Shown here one piece after another: positions 34,724-44,876 of a stretch of 64,000 bases of DNA. Position 1 is the first letter of the stretch. Every line of letters begins with the position of its first letter. The stretch is from sequence record OM456492.1, one strand, 5' to 3'. Under the pieces are notes generated by a model. It had not been told where the DNA came from and made no database searches. It was given only the letters and a program-made list of their open reading frames with translations. Position numbers and translations under genes: made by a program.

Positions 34724-35626
34724 TTAGCTAAGAACCAGTTCGATAACGTGGACTACCGACGCGCTATTGGTCGAAGAGGTGTACGATGGTGTGTCTGGTG
34801 AGTTGCTGCGATAGTACCAGGGGGTGGCGTTGTCATAACCGTTGGCAAACAATGTTGCGCTTGAATCGGTTGGACTACCGCCGGAGCGCGTCGGTAAGTC
34901 GCCAAAACGTCTTACGACGCCCGCGTAGCGGAACAAGCTTGCGAACGTGTTGTGCCACTCGCCATCTTGAAAATAACCACCGCTGCTTAGGTAGGTGCTG
35001 TGCCCATAACTGTAGTCTCCGAGTCGAGGCAAACGTACCACATACTCGTAACCGTCTTTATTAAATGTCCGACGCTGGTTAGTGGTAGCGACGCCCCGTG
35101 GCGGGAAACCGTAGTCATCTGTTCCCCAGGCCAGACCTTGCTGGTATTGTTCGTTCCACGTCGTCCCTAAACGGGTCACCGTGTCAGGAATGAACAGAAT
35201 GCGTCCTTTGAAAACGAATTTATGGAACAATGTTGGAGCTTGGTTCCAGGCATTAAAGCCAATTAAACCATTCAGCTCGGCATGGTTAAGAATAAATTCT
35301 TCGTTTGTCAGTGTGCCAAAGTAGCCACGATGCCAGTCGCCACGAATAAGTTCCTGTGGGCCGGGTCCTGTCATTGGAAAGTCGCCCTGTACAATCGGCA
35401 GCCCCATAACCTTTTCAGTGCCCTTTACCGCCACGATGCGATATTGATACGTTTTATACGCTTCGGTGGTCTTGTCCTCGTACGTCGTTGTGTTACCTGG
35501 TAGTGTTACAATAGGTTCCCCCGGTGCTACTGGGTTAACACTTTGTCTAGGGTTGTCGTAACGATAGATTTCAATGGAATCTAAAGTCTGGCCTGGCTGT
35601 TGTTTCCAGTTTAAGATAATCGACAT
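34724..35626 (-). CDS. Cassette gene C3: FN3-like domain plus GPGP..GYFG domain virion protein
   Basis: W..Q...L.SIEIYR...Y.D.T...Y.Y, then GPGPQELIRGDWHRGYFG; paralog of 38093 and 41507. Confidence 0.8.
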   Translation of the reverse strand: MSIILNWKQQPGQTLDSIEIYRYDNPRQSVNPVAPGEPIVTLPGNTTTYEDKTTEAYKTYQYRIVAVKGTEKVMGLPIVQGDFPMTGPGPQELIRGDWHRGYFGTLTNEEFILNHAELNGLIGFNAWNQAPTLFHKFVFKGRILFIPDTVTRLGTTWNEQYQQGLAWGTDDYGFPPRGVATTNQRRTFNKDGYEYVVRLPRLGDYSYGHSTYLSSGGYFQDGEWHNTFASLFRYAGVVRRFGDLPTRSGGSPTDSSATLFANGYDNATPWYYRSNSPDTPSYTSSTNSASVVHVIELVLS

Positions 35627-35629
35627 GTT

Positions 35630-36628
35630 TTACTCCACTAACTCGATAACGAATGCGTACAAACCGACCTTCTCAGCACTGTCAATTAACGTAACTTGAG
35701 AGAGGTTACGTTTCGACGTATTGGTTGTGCTTGAATCGATAGGCGCAGACCCACGAACCAGAACTAATCCCGATTCAGGATCACGTTCCTGGCACAAGAA
35801 ACCTTTGCCTTGGTAAGCGCTACCGCTCCCATAAATGTACGCCGGACTGGTATTAGTCCAGTTGGGGAGCATTTGTTTGTTAGGGATGCAATCCGCGAAC
35901 GGATAAACAAAGTCGTTATATTCGCAGCGACCATATTCCAAGTCATCATGGTCTGCGTTTCGTAACGATTCATCCAACGTCATTACTGTCGGTTCGTCCC
36001 CGTCGGTTAAACCGCGCAGCAATCGCATCCGATAGGTGTCGCCTTGCCATTCAAACAACCCACTCTGGTCAACACCCGCCAAATCACCACGTCCGTTATC
36101 AGGGCCAAATCCATCAACGCCGTACACAAGCCCCGCGTTATAAATGTCATTCCACGAGTAAAGTGTAGAGTTAAATCGTCCGCCGTTGTTCATCATGTAG
36201 TAAACTTTACCATGACGATAAAACTTGTTCATGATTAGCGTGCCCGTGCCCGATATCCCTGTTAATGCACGAAAGCCTGCAGGCAACGCGTCATAGGTCA
36301 TCTGTTCTTCGAACGGCAACTGCCCCAGAAACGCCAAGTCGTCAGTATCGGAATAGTTAATCTGGTCGACGCCACCCACACCACGACGGTTTTTAATGAC
36401 AATGGATTTTTGTGGACTACCTACGGTACGACCGTTAACAGTTACTGTTAAAAGATACCAGTAACGGGTGTTAAGAATAACGGTTTCGTCCGTCCATTCC
36501 GTTTCGCCATTACTTAAAGTTGCAATAGGGGCTGGTAATGCGGCTGTATTTATTTTAGCCGTGCCCCGATAAATGTTAACAATTGAACCTGCCGGATTTT
36601 CATTTTTCCAGCGTAGTGTGAAAGCCAT
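35630..36628 (-). CDS. Cassette gene B3: FN3-like domain virion protein
   Basis: MAFTLRWKN.NP start; paralog of 38995 and 42440. Confidence 0.8.
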   Translation of the reverse strand: MAFTLRWKNENPAGSIVNIYRGTAKINTAALPAPIATLSNGETEWTDETVILNTRYWYLLTVTVNGRTVGSPQKSIVIKNRRGVGGVDQINYSDTDDLAFLGQLPFEEQMTYDALPAGFRALTGISGTGTLIMNKFYRHGKVYYMMNNGGRFNSTLYSWNDIYNAGLVYGVDGFGPDNGRGDLAGVDQSGLFEWQGDTYRMRLLRGLTDGDEPTVMTLDESLRNADHDDLEYGRCEYNDFVYPFADCIPNKQMLPNWTNTSPAYIYGSGSAYQGKGFLCQERDPESGLVLVRGSAPIDSSTTNTSKRNLSQVTLIDSAEKVGLYAFVIELVE

Positions 36629-36638
36629 CTGTTACTCC

Positions 36639-38081
36639 TTAGAAGCCGTTCAACTCACCGTTCGCGGTTGCTAAATCTGTTTTAAGTGGAGGTTCTGCCT
36701 GAGTAGGCGGTAGTGGACGCGGTGCGTCGACGCGTGGTTCAAGTACAACCATCGGCCTAACTGTACCTACGCTGTTCGACACTGTCGATAACGGCAGCGC
36801 AGTATCGACGTTTGGTTCACCCACCACAATCGGGCTGATAGGTTCTTCCACCTGTTCCGCAGTTGTTGCTAGAGGTCTCGGCGCATCTGTTGTCGCAACC
36901 TCGACTGCAAGAGGGCGAATGCTATCAGGTTGTGGTGATGGTACATTAGGAATAACCCTAACGCGCCACACAACATCCCCTTCCACATCAGCTAAAGGTA
37001 AGACGATGTCGTCCTTATTGATTTCCTCTAAAACAGGCCACCAGTAAGTGGTATCTGTGAGGGTTACCCATTCAACTGAGCCACCGCGCATATTGCAACG
37101 TTGTACTTTAACAGGGTTACCCCCGGTTAACAGTTGTTGCGTGAAGAAGACGGTGGTTCTGGTTAACGTGGTGTCATTTGCCCAGTCGCCGCCCGTAGAA
37201 CCGTCACCGAGTTGTGAAATAAGCCACAACGGTGTGGCATTTGATAAATCAGGGCTAACCGGAACGGAGACGCGGTAATAATGCGTCTTGTTATTCTCAG
37301 TTTTCGTGACAATCAAAGCCTGGTCAACAGGTTCGATACCGTCTGGATACGGACCAGTGTCACCTGTACCGAAAATGGCACCCGCTTGATAAAGGGCCGT
37401 CCAGGTTGCTGTTAACGTTCCGGTAGTCGGTAGATAAACAATCTTACCATCCTTGAAAAATTTCAACCATTCGAAAGTCATTTTCGTTGGGGCAACATCA
37501 GGACGAATTAGGTTGTTTAATTCAGCAAAGGTAAATAACTCTTGCTGAGAAACGTGGCCGAAGTATCCGTTTGTGCTGTCCCCTGCCAACAAATATTTAT
37601 TGCCTGGCCCAGAATCTGGATAGTAGCCCACGGCTTCATTCAAATAATCGACCGGGATATAGCCGCGATAGCATACGCTATTATACGCGGTTAAATTAAT
37701 ACGTGTTGGCGTTGCCAGCGATTTGATAGGCGCGTCTACCGACTGTACACTGCTATCAGATAACCAAACACCGTATAAATCGCGTAGAGCTGGGAGAAGA
37801 TCCCGCACGGTCTTGGCCGTTTGTGGTACGTAGACGCGCGGAGCTATTTTAAATAGATCTGATAATGTTAAACGGTCGTAATAAACCGTGCACTCCCCAG
37901 CAAATCCTTTACCGGGTTTTCCTACCAACGTAATTACCGTGTTACGACCATTCTTAGTGGTCTCGGCAGGAATGCCCCTCACCCCAATCGAATCAGCGGT
38001 GATTTTTCCTGCGAGTTCAGGGTTATCCCTTACGACTTGTTGGCAGAGTAATTCCAGTTCGGGTGCGCTATACAATCCCAT
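36639..38081 (-). CDS. Cassette gene A3: tail-family protein
   Basis: RDNP/YYDRL domain, YPDSGPG...GYFG domain, Pro/Thr-rich repeats, C-terminal NGELNGF. Confidence 0.8.
   Translation of the reverse strand: MGLYSAPELELLCQQVVRDNPELAGKITADSIGVRGIPAETTKNGRNTVITLVGKPGKGFAGECTVYYDRLTLSDLFKIAPRVYVPQTAKTVRDLLPALRDLYGVWLSDSSVQSVDAPIKSLATPTRINLTAYNSVCYRGYIPVDYLNEAVGYYPDSGPGNKYLLAGDSTNGYFGHVSQQELFTFAELNNLIRPDVAPTKMTFEWLKFFKDGKIVYLPTTGTLTATWTALYQAGAIFGTGDTGPYPDGIEPVDQALIVTKTENNKTHYYRVSVPVSPDLSNATPLWLISQLGDGSTGGDWANDTTLTRTTVFFTQQLLTGGNPVKVQRCNMRGGSVEWVTLTDTTYWWPVLEEINKDDIVLPLADVEGDVVWRVRVIPNVPSPQPDSIRPLAVEVATTDAPRPLATTAEQVEEPISPIVVGEPNVDTALPLSTVSNSVGTVRPMVVLEPRVDAPRPLPPTQAEPPLKTDLATANGELNGF
37894..37934. 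repeat. 41-bp exact direct repeat, copy 1 (copy 2 at 41306-41346)
   Basis: TCCCCAGCAAATCCTTTACCGGGTTTTCCTACCAACGTAAT is identical in genes A3 and A2. Confidence 0.85.
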
Positions 38082-38092
38082 GAAGTCTCCTG

Positions 38093-38992
38093 TTAAGGCA
38101 GAACAAGTTCAAGTACCGCAATGGAGCGTATTGTAGTGGTACCGTAGTTACTCCACGACGGCGACTCAGGGTAAGGTAGACGGTTGTACCACTGACTGGA
38201 CGTGTTATTCATAGCCGCAAAGAATGCAGATTGTTGGGCAGTAACCGAATCGATTGGACCGACCGGAATGTCGTCAAAGCGCGGAAACTGCCCACTGTAG
38301 TTGTACAGGCGCGCGAAGGTGTTAAACCACTCACCGTCGAGATACAACTCAGTGTTACCGCTTCCAACGTAAGACGTCCAGAATTTGTAGTCGAACAAAT
38401 ACGGCAAGCGCACCACGTATTCGTAACCGTTTTTCGTCACCGTGCGGCGTTGGTTACGTGCAGTAGCCCAGCCCGGTACATATCCGTTGCCATCCTGGCC
38501 GTACATCAGCCCCTGGTTATAAATGAACTGCGGGCTAGCGTATATTATCGAGTTATCGGACATAAACAGAATACGGTTTTTGTAAATGAACTTATGCCAG
38601 GCACCAACGGCGGAACTGAACATATTCACCACGAGGCTGTTCAGTTCCGTGTTAGTGAATAACTCTGCTGGCGTTACTGTTCCAAAGTATCCAGCGTGCC
38701 AGTCGCCGTATAACAGCTTCTGGGGGCCAGGCCCGGTGTCTAAAAAGAACCCTTGGGCGGTAGGGGTGTTGAAGACACGCTCACCGTCTTTAACCGCAGC
38801 TATCCAATAACGGTAAGTGGTGTTGTTTTCCACAGCGTTGTCTTCGTACGATGTAGCGTCACCCGGAAGGGTTGCCAGAGGCGTTCCCGGTGCATTAACA
38901 TCAATGGTGGCGTTGCCCGGCGTCTTGCGATAGATTTCAATGTTATCGAGCGCCTGTGGCTTCCGTTGTGCAAAGTTTAATGTAATAGGCAT
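38093..38992 (-). CDS. Cassette gene C2
   Basis: Start reassigned to MPITLNF by comparison with paralogs and spacing. Confidence 0.8.
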   Translation of the reverse strand: MPITLNFAQRKPQALDNIEIYRKTPGNATIDVNAPGTPLATLPGDATSYEDNAVENNTTYRYWIAAVKDGERVFNTPTAQGFFLDTGPGPQKLLYGDWHAGYFGTVTPAELFTNTELNSLVVNMFSSAVGAWHKFIYKNRILFMSDNSIIYASPQFIYNQGLMYGQDGNGYVPGWATARNQRRTVTKNGYEYVVRLPYLFDYKFWTSYVGSGNTELYLDGEWFNTFARLYNYSGQFPRFDDIPVGPIDSVTAQQSAFFAAMNNTSSQWYNRLPYPESPSWSNYGTTTIRSIAVLELVLP

Positions 38993-38994
38993 GA

Positions 38995-39984
38995 TTAATC
39001 CTCGATAAGCTCGATTACTGGAATCCAAATACCGCCCACGGTCGCACCAGGGACATGTTGTATACGCTGGAGGTTATCCACGGTATCAGTGGAATCCGCC
39101 GCCGCCCATCCGCGCGTCAGCCCCAACTTACTGTCTGGGTCAAACTCCTGACAATGCGCCCCACGGCCTGCCACCAGCGATCCACTTCCGAATATGCTGG
39201 TGTTCGACCACTTTATCAGGGACATCACTTTTTTCTTTTCTGGGAACCAGCTACTTATCCCATAGATGAGTCGGTTGTATTCGCTATCGGCAGTATACGG
39301 CGACTCGTCATGGAGTTTACCGTTCCACTGTGCGTCGAGTGTCATGACCGGGCTTTCACTGTCGAGTGTTAAACCGCGCAGCAGGCGCATCCGATAGCGG
39401 TCACCCAACCACGTAAACTCCCCAGCCTGGTCAACGTCAGGTAAATCGCCATGACCGCCTTCCGGACCAGGTCCCGCCACACCGTACAGCAAACCCGCGT
39501 TATAAATCGCATCACGGCTATACAGCGTGTTGCCGTTCGCACGAAGACCACTAAACAGATACAGAATTTTACCGTCTAGCTGGAACTTCATCAAGCCCGG
39601 CTTAACAGTTGGGTCGTATCCAGAAAGGGCCACAAACCCTGGCGGATAATCACCCGCGCTAGGTAATTCACCGTACGTCACGTACCCGTAATACGCAAAG
39701 CGGTCATCACCGTACTGTGGAGCCACGATGCCGATACCGCGACGGTTCTGAATCAGAATTGATTTCTGCGGACTGAACAGTGTCCGACTTCCCACTGTCA
39801 CGGTGGTCATGTAGTAATACGTTGTCCCCAGTATCGCTGTTCGGTCAGTATACTCAGTTTCCCCGTTAGTGAACGTTGCCAGGGGTTCAGGTAATGCCGT
39901 ACGCACCAGAGGTTTGGTGTCGCGGTACAGCTTCACGGTCGAAGCCCCAGGGTTATTGTTCGTCCAACGAATTGTAAAAGCCAT
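38995..39984 (-). CDS. Cassette gene B2
   Basis: MAFTIRWTNNNP start; paralog of B1 and B3. Confidence 0.8.
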   Translation of the reverse strand: MAFTIRWTNNNPGASTVKLYRDTKPLVRTALPEPLATFTNGETEYTDRTAILGTTYYYMTTVTVGSRTLFSPQKSILIQNRRGIGIVAPQYGDDRFAYYGYVTYGELPSAGDYPPGFVALSGYDPTVKPGLMKFQLDGKILYLFSGLRANGNTLYSRDAIYNAGLLYGVAGPGPEGGHGDLPDVDQAGEFTWLGDRYRMRLLRGLTLDSESPVMTLDAQWNGKLHDESPYTADSEYNRLIYGISSWFPEKKKVMSLIKWSNTSIFGSGSLVAGRGAHCQEFDPDSKLGLTRGWAAADSTDTVDNLQRIQHVPGATVGGIWIPVIELIED

Positions 39985-39996
39985 TGTCGTTACCTC

Positions 39997-41493
39997 TTAT
40001 TGGAATCCATCCAACTCACCGTTAGTATCGCCCAGAGTAATTTTTGAAGGTTGGGCGATTTGGTCAGTCGTGAGAATAATCGGTCTAATCTTAACGCTAG
40101 CCATGCCTGTTACCGCGACGGAATATGCACGTTCATCATTGTCCGTCGCGGCAAGCAGAGGACGTGGTGAGTCTGATGACGCTTCCCGCAGCCAGGCAGG
40201 GGTGGCAGTTTCGGTGTTGTCGGTGTTGAAAACTAACGGACGTGGATTCGCTGCAGCGGAGGTTTCCGTAATAGGCACCACACGAAGCGATTCATTTTGG
40301 TCGATGTCCGTCAGAGTAACCACGGACGGTGCCCATGTTAATTCTGCACCTTCGTCAATCAACGGCACAGGTTCATTGGCAACATCAAACATCTCCAGGA
40401 TTGGCCAAAAGCCAGAAGAGGTGTAGATGTAGGTGTTTGAACGATAGCTCCCACTGATAGACTGGTAATACGCTTGGTCGGCACCGAACTGGTGTCGTAA
40501 CCACACGTAATCCAGGAAGTTAGCATCAGTCGTGCTAAGAGTTCCCCACTCCCCATATACGTTCACCGACCCCAATTTGCTGGTCAGTGACAGGATAGAG
40601 GTGATTGACGGCGGTTTACTCCAATCAGGCGCGGCGGCGTTCTCGGTGTAATACGGGATAGACATTCTGAAATAATGCGTTCCTTCATCGTCCCGTTTTA
40701 CCATGTATTTCAACTGTTCAACATCGACAGGTGTGTAAGTCGACTTCGGGCGAGGTCCTGCGTCTCCGGAATCAAATATTGCACCCTTGTTGTACAGGTC
40801 TGCCCAGGTAACGTTGCAAATCGCACGGGTCGGAACAAACACTACCGCCCCATTCAGAAAGAATTTGAGCCACTTGATAGCGTAGCGGTTAGGCCAGGTG
40901 GTGCCGTTATAGAGGGCATACACCATTTCATCAGATGTGAATAACTCTTCCGCGCTTACCAGCCCAAAGAATCCGTATAACTCATTACCAGCCATTAATC
41001 CTTTTGGCCCAGGACCCGACTTCGGATACATCGCAATCGGTTCGTAAACATAGGTCATCTTGCATGACCCGGTATAACACAAGGAGTTAGCGTGCGCCTT
41101 CAGAGTTACAGTTTCCGGCGTAGCGTATTTCATTAATGCAACGTTTGGACTGGTGATATCGCTCGCGGTTAAGTTCAACCCGTTCAATTCATTGAACGCC
41201 GGTAACGCTTCCGCATGGGTTTGTGCGCTACGTGGAATACTCACCATATTTGGGCCAGACTTAAATAGACTGGCCAGATTCAACCGGTCGTAATATACCG
41301 TTATTTCCCCAGCAAATCCTTTACCGGGTTTTCCTACCAACGTAATCTGTGTGTTTCGTCCGTTAACGTTTTTCGCAACAGGAACACCCCTGACCCCAAT
41401 GGAGTCAGGGGTGATTTTTCCTGCTAAACCGGGATTGTCACGCACAATTTGTTGGCAGAGCAGTTCCATTGAAGGTTCTGTATACAACCCCAT
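39997..41493 (-). CDS. Cassette gene A2
   Basis: Same architecture as A3; ends NGELDGFQ. Confidence 0.8.
   Translation of the reverse strand: MGLYTEPSMELLCQQIVRDNPGLAGKITPDSIGVRGVPVAKNVNGRNTQITLVGKPGKGFAGEITVYYDRLNLASLFKSGPNMVSIPRSAQTHAEALPAFNELNGLNLTASDITSPNVALMKYATPETVTLKAHANSLCYTGSCKMTYVYEPIAMYPKSGPGPKGLMAGNELYGFFGLVSAEELFTSDEMVYALYNGTTWPNRYAIKWLKFFLNGAVVFVPTRAICNVTWADLYNKGAIFDSGDAGPRPKSTYTPVDVEQLKYMVKRDDEGTHYFRMSIPYYTENAAAPDWSKPPSITSILSLTSKLGSVNVYGEWGTLSTTDANFLDYVWLRHQFGADQAYYQSISGSYRSNTYIYTSSGFWPILEMFDVANEPVPLIDEGAELTWAPSVVTLTDIDQNESLRVVPITETSAAANPRPLVFNTDNTETATPAWLREASSDSPRPLLAATDNDERAYSVAVTGMASVKIRPIILTTDQIAQPSKITLGDTNGELDGFQ
41306..41346. repeat. 41-bp exact direct repeat, copy 2
   Basis: Identical to 37894-37934. 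Confidence 0.85.
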
Positions 41494-41506
41494 GGCTTTT
41501 ACTCCG

Positions 41507-42430
41507 TTACGGTAAGACTAATTCAAAAGCAAAGAACATCGTGGTCGAGTTCCCGACACCTGAGGTGTTACTAATCCCTGTAGGCGCATAACCGTACGCA
41601 TAAGCGAAAATGTTGTTGCTCCATAAAGGGGCTAATGCAGCAGCACCTGTTTCGTTAGGCTGGGATGTTGAACCTTGCGGCGGTATTGAATCGATGGCAC
41701 CAAGACCAATGGGCGGGAACTGTGCACTGACAGGATACAAACGGCCCATTGTGTTTCGCCATTCGCCGTTGTTGTAATCCTGTCCTGAGAGAGCCGCATC
41801 GTACGGGACTGCGTAAGGTAACCGGATACGGTACGTACGACCATCCTTCGTGACCTTACAATCTTGTTTGGTGGCCGTGGCTCCCAGCGGAACAATACTT
41901 CCGACATCATCGGTCCCGTACATCATACCGTACTGATACGCCATTTGTACCGAGTTGGTTTTCGAATGCATCGACGCTGGGAAGAACACAATTCGCCCAC
42001 GGAAAATAAACTTGTGCCATTCCTGAGGGTCGTAGATAAACATGTTTCCCTGCTGCGCAGTTAACATGAGTTTTAACTCGGCTGTATTAAAGAACTCTGT
42101 ATTCGGTACTGTACCGAAATAACCTGAAGCCCAGTCACCACGCAAAATAGTTTGCGGACCCGGCCCGGTGTCCGGATAGAATCCTTGCGTAATCGGATTG
42201 CCGATAAGTCGTTCACTGTCTTTTACAGCAGCTACCCAGTAACGATAGGTTGTATTCTTCGTCAGGGTATCGATATTATCTACAAACTCTACCGCGTTGC
42301 CAGATAAAGTTGCGTGGGGCGTGCCAGGATTGTAAACGTCGATTGTTGCGTTCCAGCCTTCTTTGCGATAGATTTCAATCGCGGTAAGACCTTTACTGGC
42401 TTGAGACGGCCAGCTTAACCGTATAGTCAT
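41507..42430 (-). CDS. Cassette gene C1
   Basis: IEIYRK...GPGPQTILRGDWASGYFG. Confidence 0.8.
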   Translation of the reverse strand: MTIRLSWPSQASKGLTAIEIYRKEGWNATIDVYNPGTPHATLSGNAVEFVDNIDTLTKNTTYRYWVAAVKDSERLIGNPITQGFYPDTGPGPQTILRGDWASGYFGTVPNTEFFNTAELKLMLTAQQGNMFIYDPQEWHKFIFRGRIVFFPASMHSKTNSVQMAYQYGMMYGTDDVGSIVPLGATATKQDCKVTKDGRTYRIRLPYAVPYDAALSGQDYNNGEWRNTMGRLYPVSAQFPPIGLGAIDSIPPQGSTSQPNETGAAALAPLWSNNIFAYAYGYAPTGISNTSGVGNSTTMFFAFELVLP

Positions 42431-42439
42431 GACTGCCCC

Positions 42440-43438
42440 TTACTCAACCAGTTCAAAGATAGGGTAGTAACGCCCTTTCGTGGTGGGTGATAAATAGTTT
42501 ATACGCTGAATCGTGGATACGGATGTTCCACCGGCATTGTTAAAAATACCACGATGGAGCACACGGTCTTCCGTGGTGTCGTGTTCCATACAGAGAACAC
42601 CACCGCCGAAATACGTTGCCGAGGTTCCCAAAGTACCCTGCCCCAGATAATTATAACTGTACGTTGCCCAGTTAGCCCAACGCTGTTTCTTCGGCACCTC
42701 GTTAACCATCGTGTAAAGTAAATCGTTATACTCACACGGGTTGGTTAGAGAAACGATTTCATCATGGGTTTTCCCATTATAGTCAGCTACGAAAGGATAC
42801 GCAGGGGGCTCGCTAGACGTCGTCAGGCCGCGAGGAAGACGCATAATGTACGTATCCCCTTTGTGGACTATCTTAGCGTCTTGTGGAGTGGCCGGTAGCG
42901 TTCCATGGCCGTTCTCTGGGCCAGCATCGCCCGTACCATAGACTAAACCAGCTTGATAGAGGGAAGCCCAGTCCACAGGCGTATTCGGGAACTGTGACGT
43001 GTTAGATAGCATGTAATAGATCTTCCCGTTTCGGGTAAATTTATACAACGCTACACGATCGGTTAATAGATTAGGGAACATCGCCAAAAAAGCAGGCGGC
43101 ATTTGCGACGGAAGCCATTGTTCGTCGTAAGGAACCGCACCCATAAACCCTAAACGGTCGTTACCGTTTAGAATAGTCATTGGGCCTATCCCGCGTTTTA
43201 CCTCAACGGTATATTTCTGGCTAGGCGACGCCACTGTTTTACCGTTGGCGGTTACCGTCAGAAGGTAATAATAGGTTGCGCCTGGTGTGGCGGTGGTATC
43301 ACGCCATTCTGTCTCGCCATTTGAGAGCGTTGCAATCGGTTCAGGCAAAGCGCTTGGTGTGATATCTTTAACATCACGGTAGATTTTTACTACCGTAGAG
43401 ATTACGTTTGGATTTTTCCAACGCAAAGTAAAAGACAT
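42440..43438 (-). CDS. Cassette gene B1
   Basis: MSFTLRWKNPN start. Confidence 0.8.
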   Translation of the reverse strand: MSFTLRWKNPNVISTVVKIYRDVKDITPSALPEPIATLSNGETEWRDTTATPGATYYYLLTVTANGKTVASPSQKYTVEVKRGIGPMTILNGNDRLGFMGAVPYDEQWLPSQMPPAFLAMFPNLLTDRVALYKFTRNGKIYYMLSNTSQFPNTPVDWASLYQAGLVYGTGDAGPENGHGTLPATPQDAKIVHKGDTYIMRLPRGLTTSSEPPAYPFVADYNGKTHDEIVSLTNPCEYNDLLYTMVNEVPKKQRWANWATYSYNYLGQGTLGTSATYFGGGVLCMEHDTTEDRVLHRGIFNNAGGTSVSTIQRINYLSPTTKGRYYPIFELVE

Positions 43439-43474
43439 GGATGGTACCTCTACTTAAAGCCGTCCAGTTCACCG

Positions 43475-44860
43475 TTAAGAGACGTTAACGTTGTCTTGTC
43501 GGGGGGTATACATTTCAGCGGTGGCCGCAATAGGTTGGAAGTCGACTGTCTTCGGCAGCATTAAAGCAGGCGGATGCAGTGCGAAACTGTTTTCTGAAGT
43601 AACAACTACCGGTTCGAAATCGGTAGTATCTGGATTACCGAGCACTAACGGCTTGAGACTAAATGTGTTTTCTGCGGACACGCTGCACGGTTGGAGACTG
43701 TAATCTGCCGTACCATGGATGTCTTCTAAACCCAAGGTAACTGTGGACTTATCCACCAACTCTAGCACCGGGAACCAGTAGTAGTTGCCTGCACTCGATG
43801 ATTTTTCTAAGTTTGTCCAACTTGCTCCAGACAACGTCGCCATGCGATGATAGGCGACGTTGGTTTTCAGTGTATCTTTCAATAAACAGAACAGCGTCCA
43901 GTAACTGTTAATCGGTTTGTCCCACGTTCCATTATACAGAAAGTTGAACATCTCAAACTCACTACCTGCTAACTCAGCGGCAGTTGGGGTGCCGCTGACG
44001 TATGGGTCTTTCCCAGCACTAGGTAGACGAACGCGGAAGTAAAACCTTTTGTTGTCTGCGCCTGTAAAGCTGATGATGCGTCCCTGGTTAACGGGCGTCG
44101 CCGCAGGGTATTTACCATTATCGTCTGTTCCGTAAACGAGTCCGTTTGTATATAACGTATTCCAGGAGATAGAGCTAGCGACCGGACTGATCGGGAGGTA
44201 AATAACCCTACCCTGGTAAAAGAACTTGTACCAACCTTCGGCACCAGAATGTACCGGTGGTAACGCACCGGCCGATATAGTGGCATTAAGAAGTTGAGAG
44301 TGTGTAAACAACTCTGCAATTGTGGTTGTTCCGAAATAACCCGCGATAGTGTTACCTTGCAGCAACGTTTTAGGGCCAGGTCCAGAATCGGGGTAAATTG
44401 CGCCGCTCGGGACGGTATAACGTATCGTTAAGCTGCCTGTAAACGCAGGGCAATTACCTGAGATATTTAATTTCAACGTCTGCGGCGAAGCGCTCGGTTT
44501 AGGTAGACTTGCGTCAGGTGACTGCAAATCAGAAGCAACTAATGTAAGCCCCAATGCGTCGTTTATTGCAGGTAGCGCGTCTCGCACCGTTAAGACTGTG
44601 TCTTTGATAGCCACAGTCGGCACAAAATTAAATAAAGTGGCCAGGTTAATCCGGTCGTAGTACACGGTAACATTACCTTGTACACCTGTCCCTGGATACC
44701 CGGTGAAAACAGCTTTGGTGTTACGTTGGTTTAACGTAACTGAAGTTGGGCCGCCGGTTAAAGCAGCGATAGCCGGCGTCAGCTTAACAACTAAATCAGG
44801 GTTATCCCGATTGACTTGGTCGTATACAAGCAGTGCCGACTCCTTCGAGTAAAATAGCAT
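43475..44860 (-). CDS. Cassette gene A1 (C-terminus frameshifted; +1 frame continues to 43450)
   Basis: Same architecture as A2 and A3, but the conserved NGELDGF end lies in another frame after a C6 run. Confidence 0.8.
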   Translation of the reverse strand: MLFYSKESALLVYDQVNRDNPDLVVKLTPAIAALTGGPTSVTLNQRNTKAVFTGYPGTGVQGNVTVYYDRINLATLFNFVPTVAIKDTVLTVRDALPAINDALGLTLVASDLQSPDASLPKPSASPQTLKLNISGNCPAFTGSLTIRYTVPSGAIYPDSGPGPKTLLQGNTIAGYFGTTTIAELFTHSQLLNATISAGALPPVHSGAEGWYKFFYQGRVIYLPISPVASSISWNTLYTNGLVYGTDDNGKYPAATPVNQGRIISFTGADNKRFYFRVRLPSAGKDPYVSGTPTAAELAGSEFEMFNFLYNGTWDKPINSYWTLFCLLKDTLKTNVAYHRMATLSGASWTNLEKSSSAGNYYWFPVLELVDKSTVTLGLEDIHGTADYSLQPCSVSAENTFSLKPLVLGNPDTTDFEPVVVTSENSFALHPPALMLPKTVDFQPIAATAEMYTPRQDNVNVS

Positions 44861-44876
44861 AGGGACTCCGCATCGC

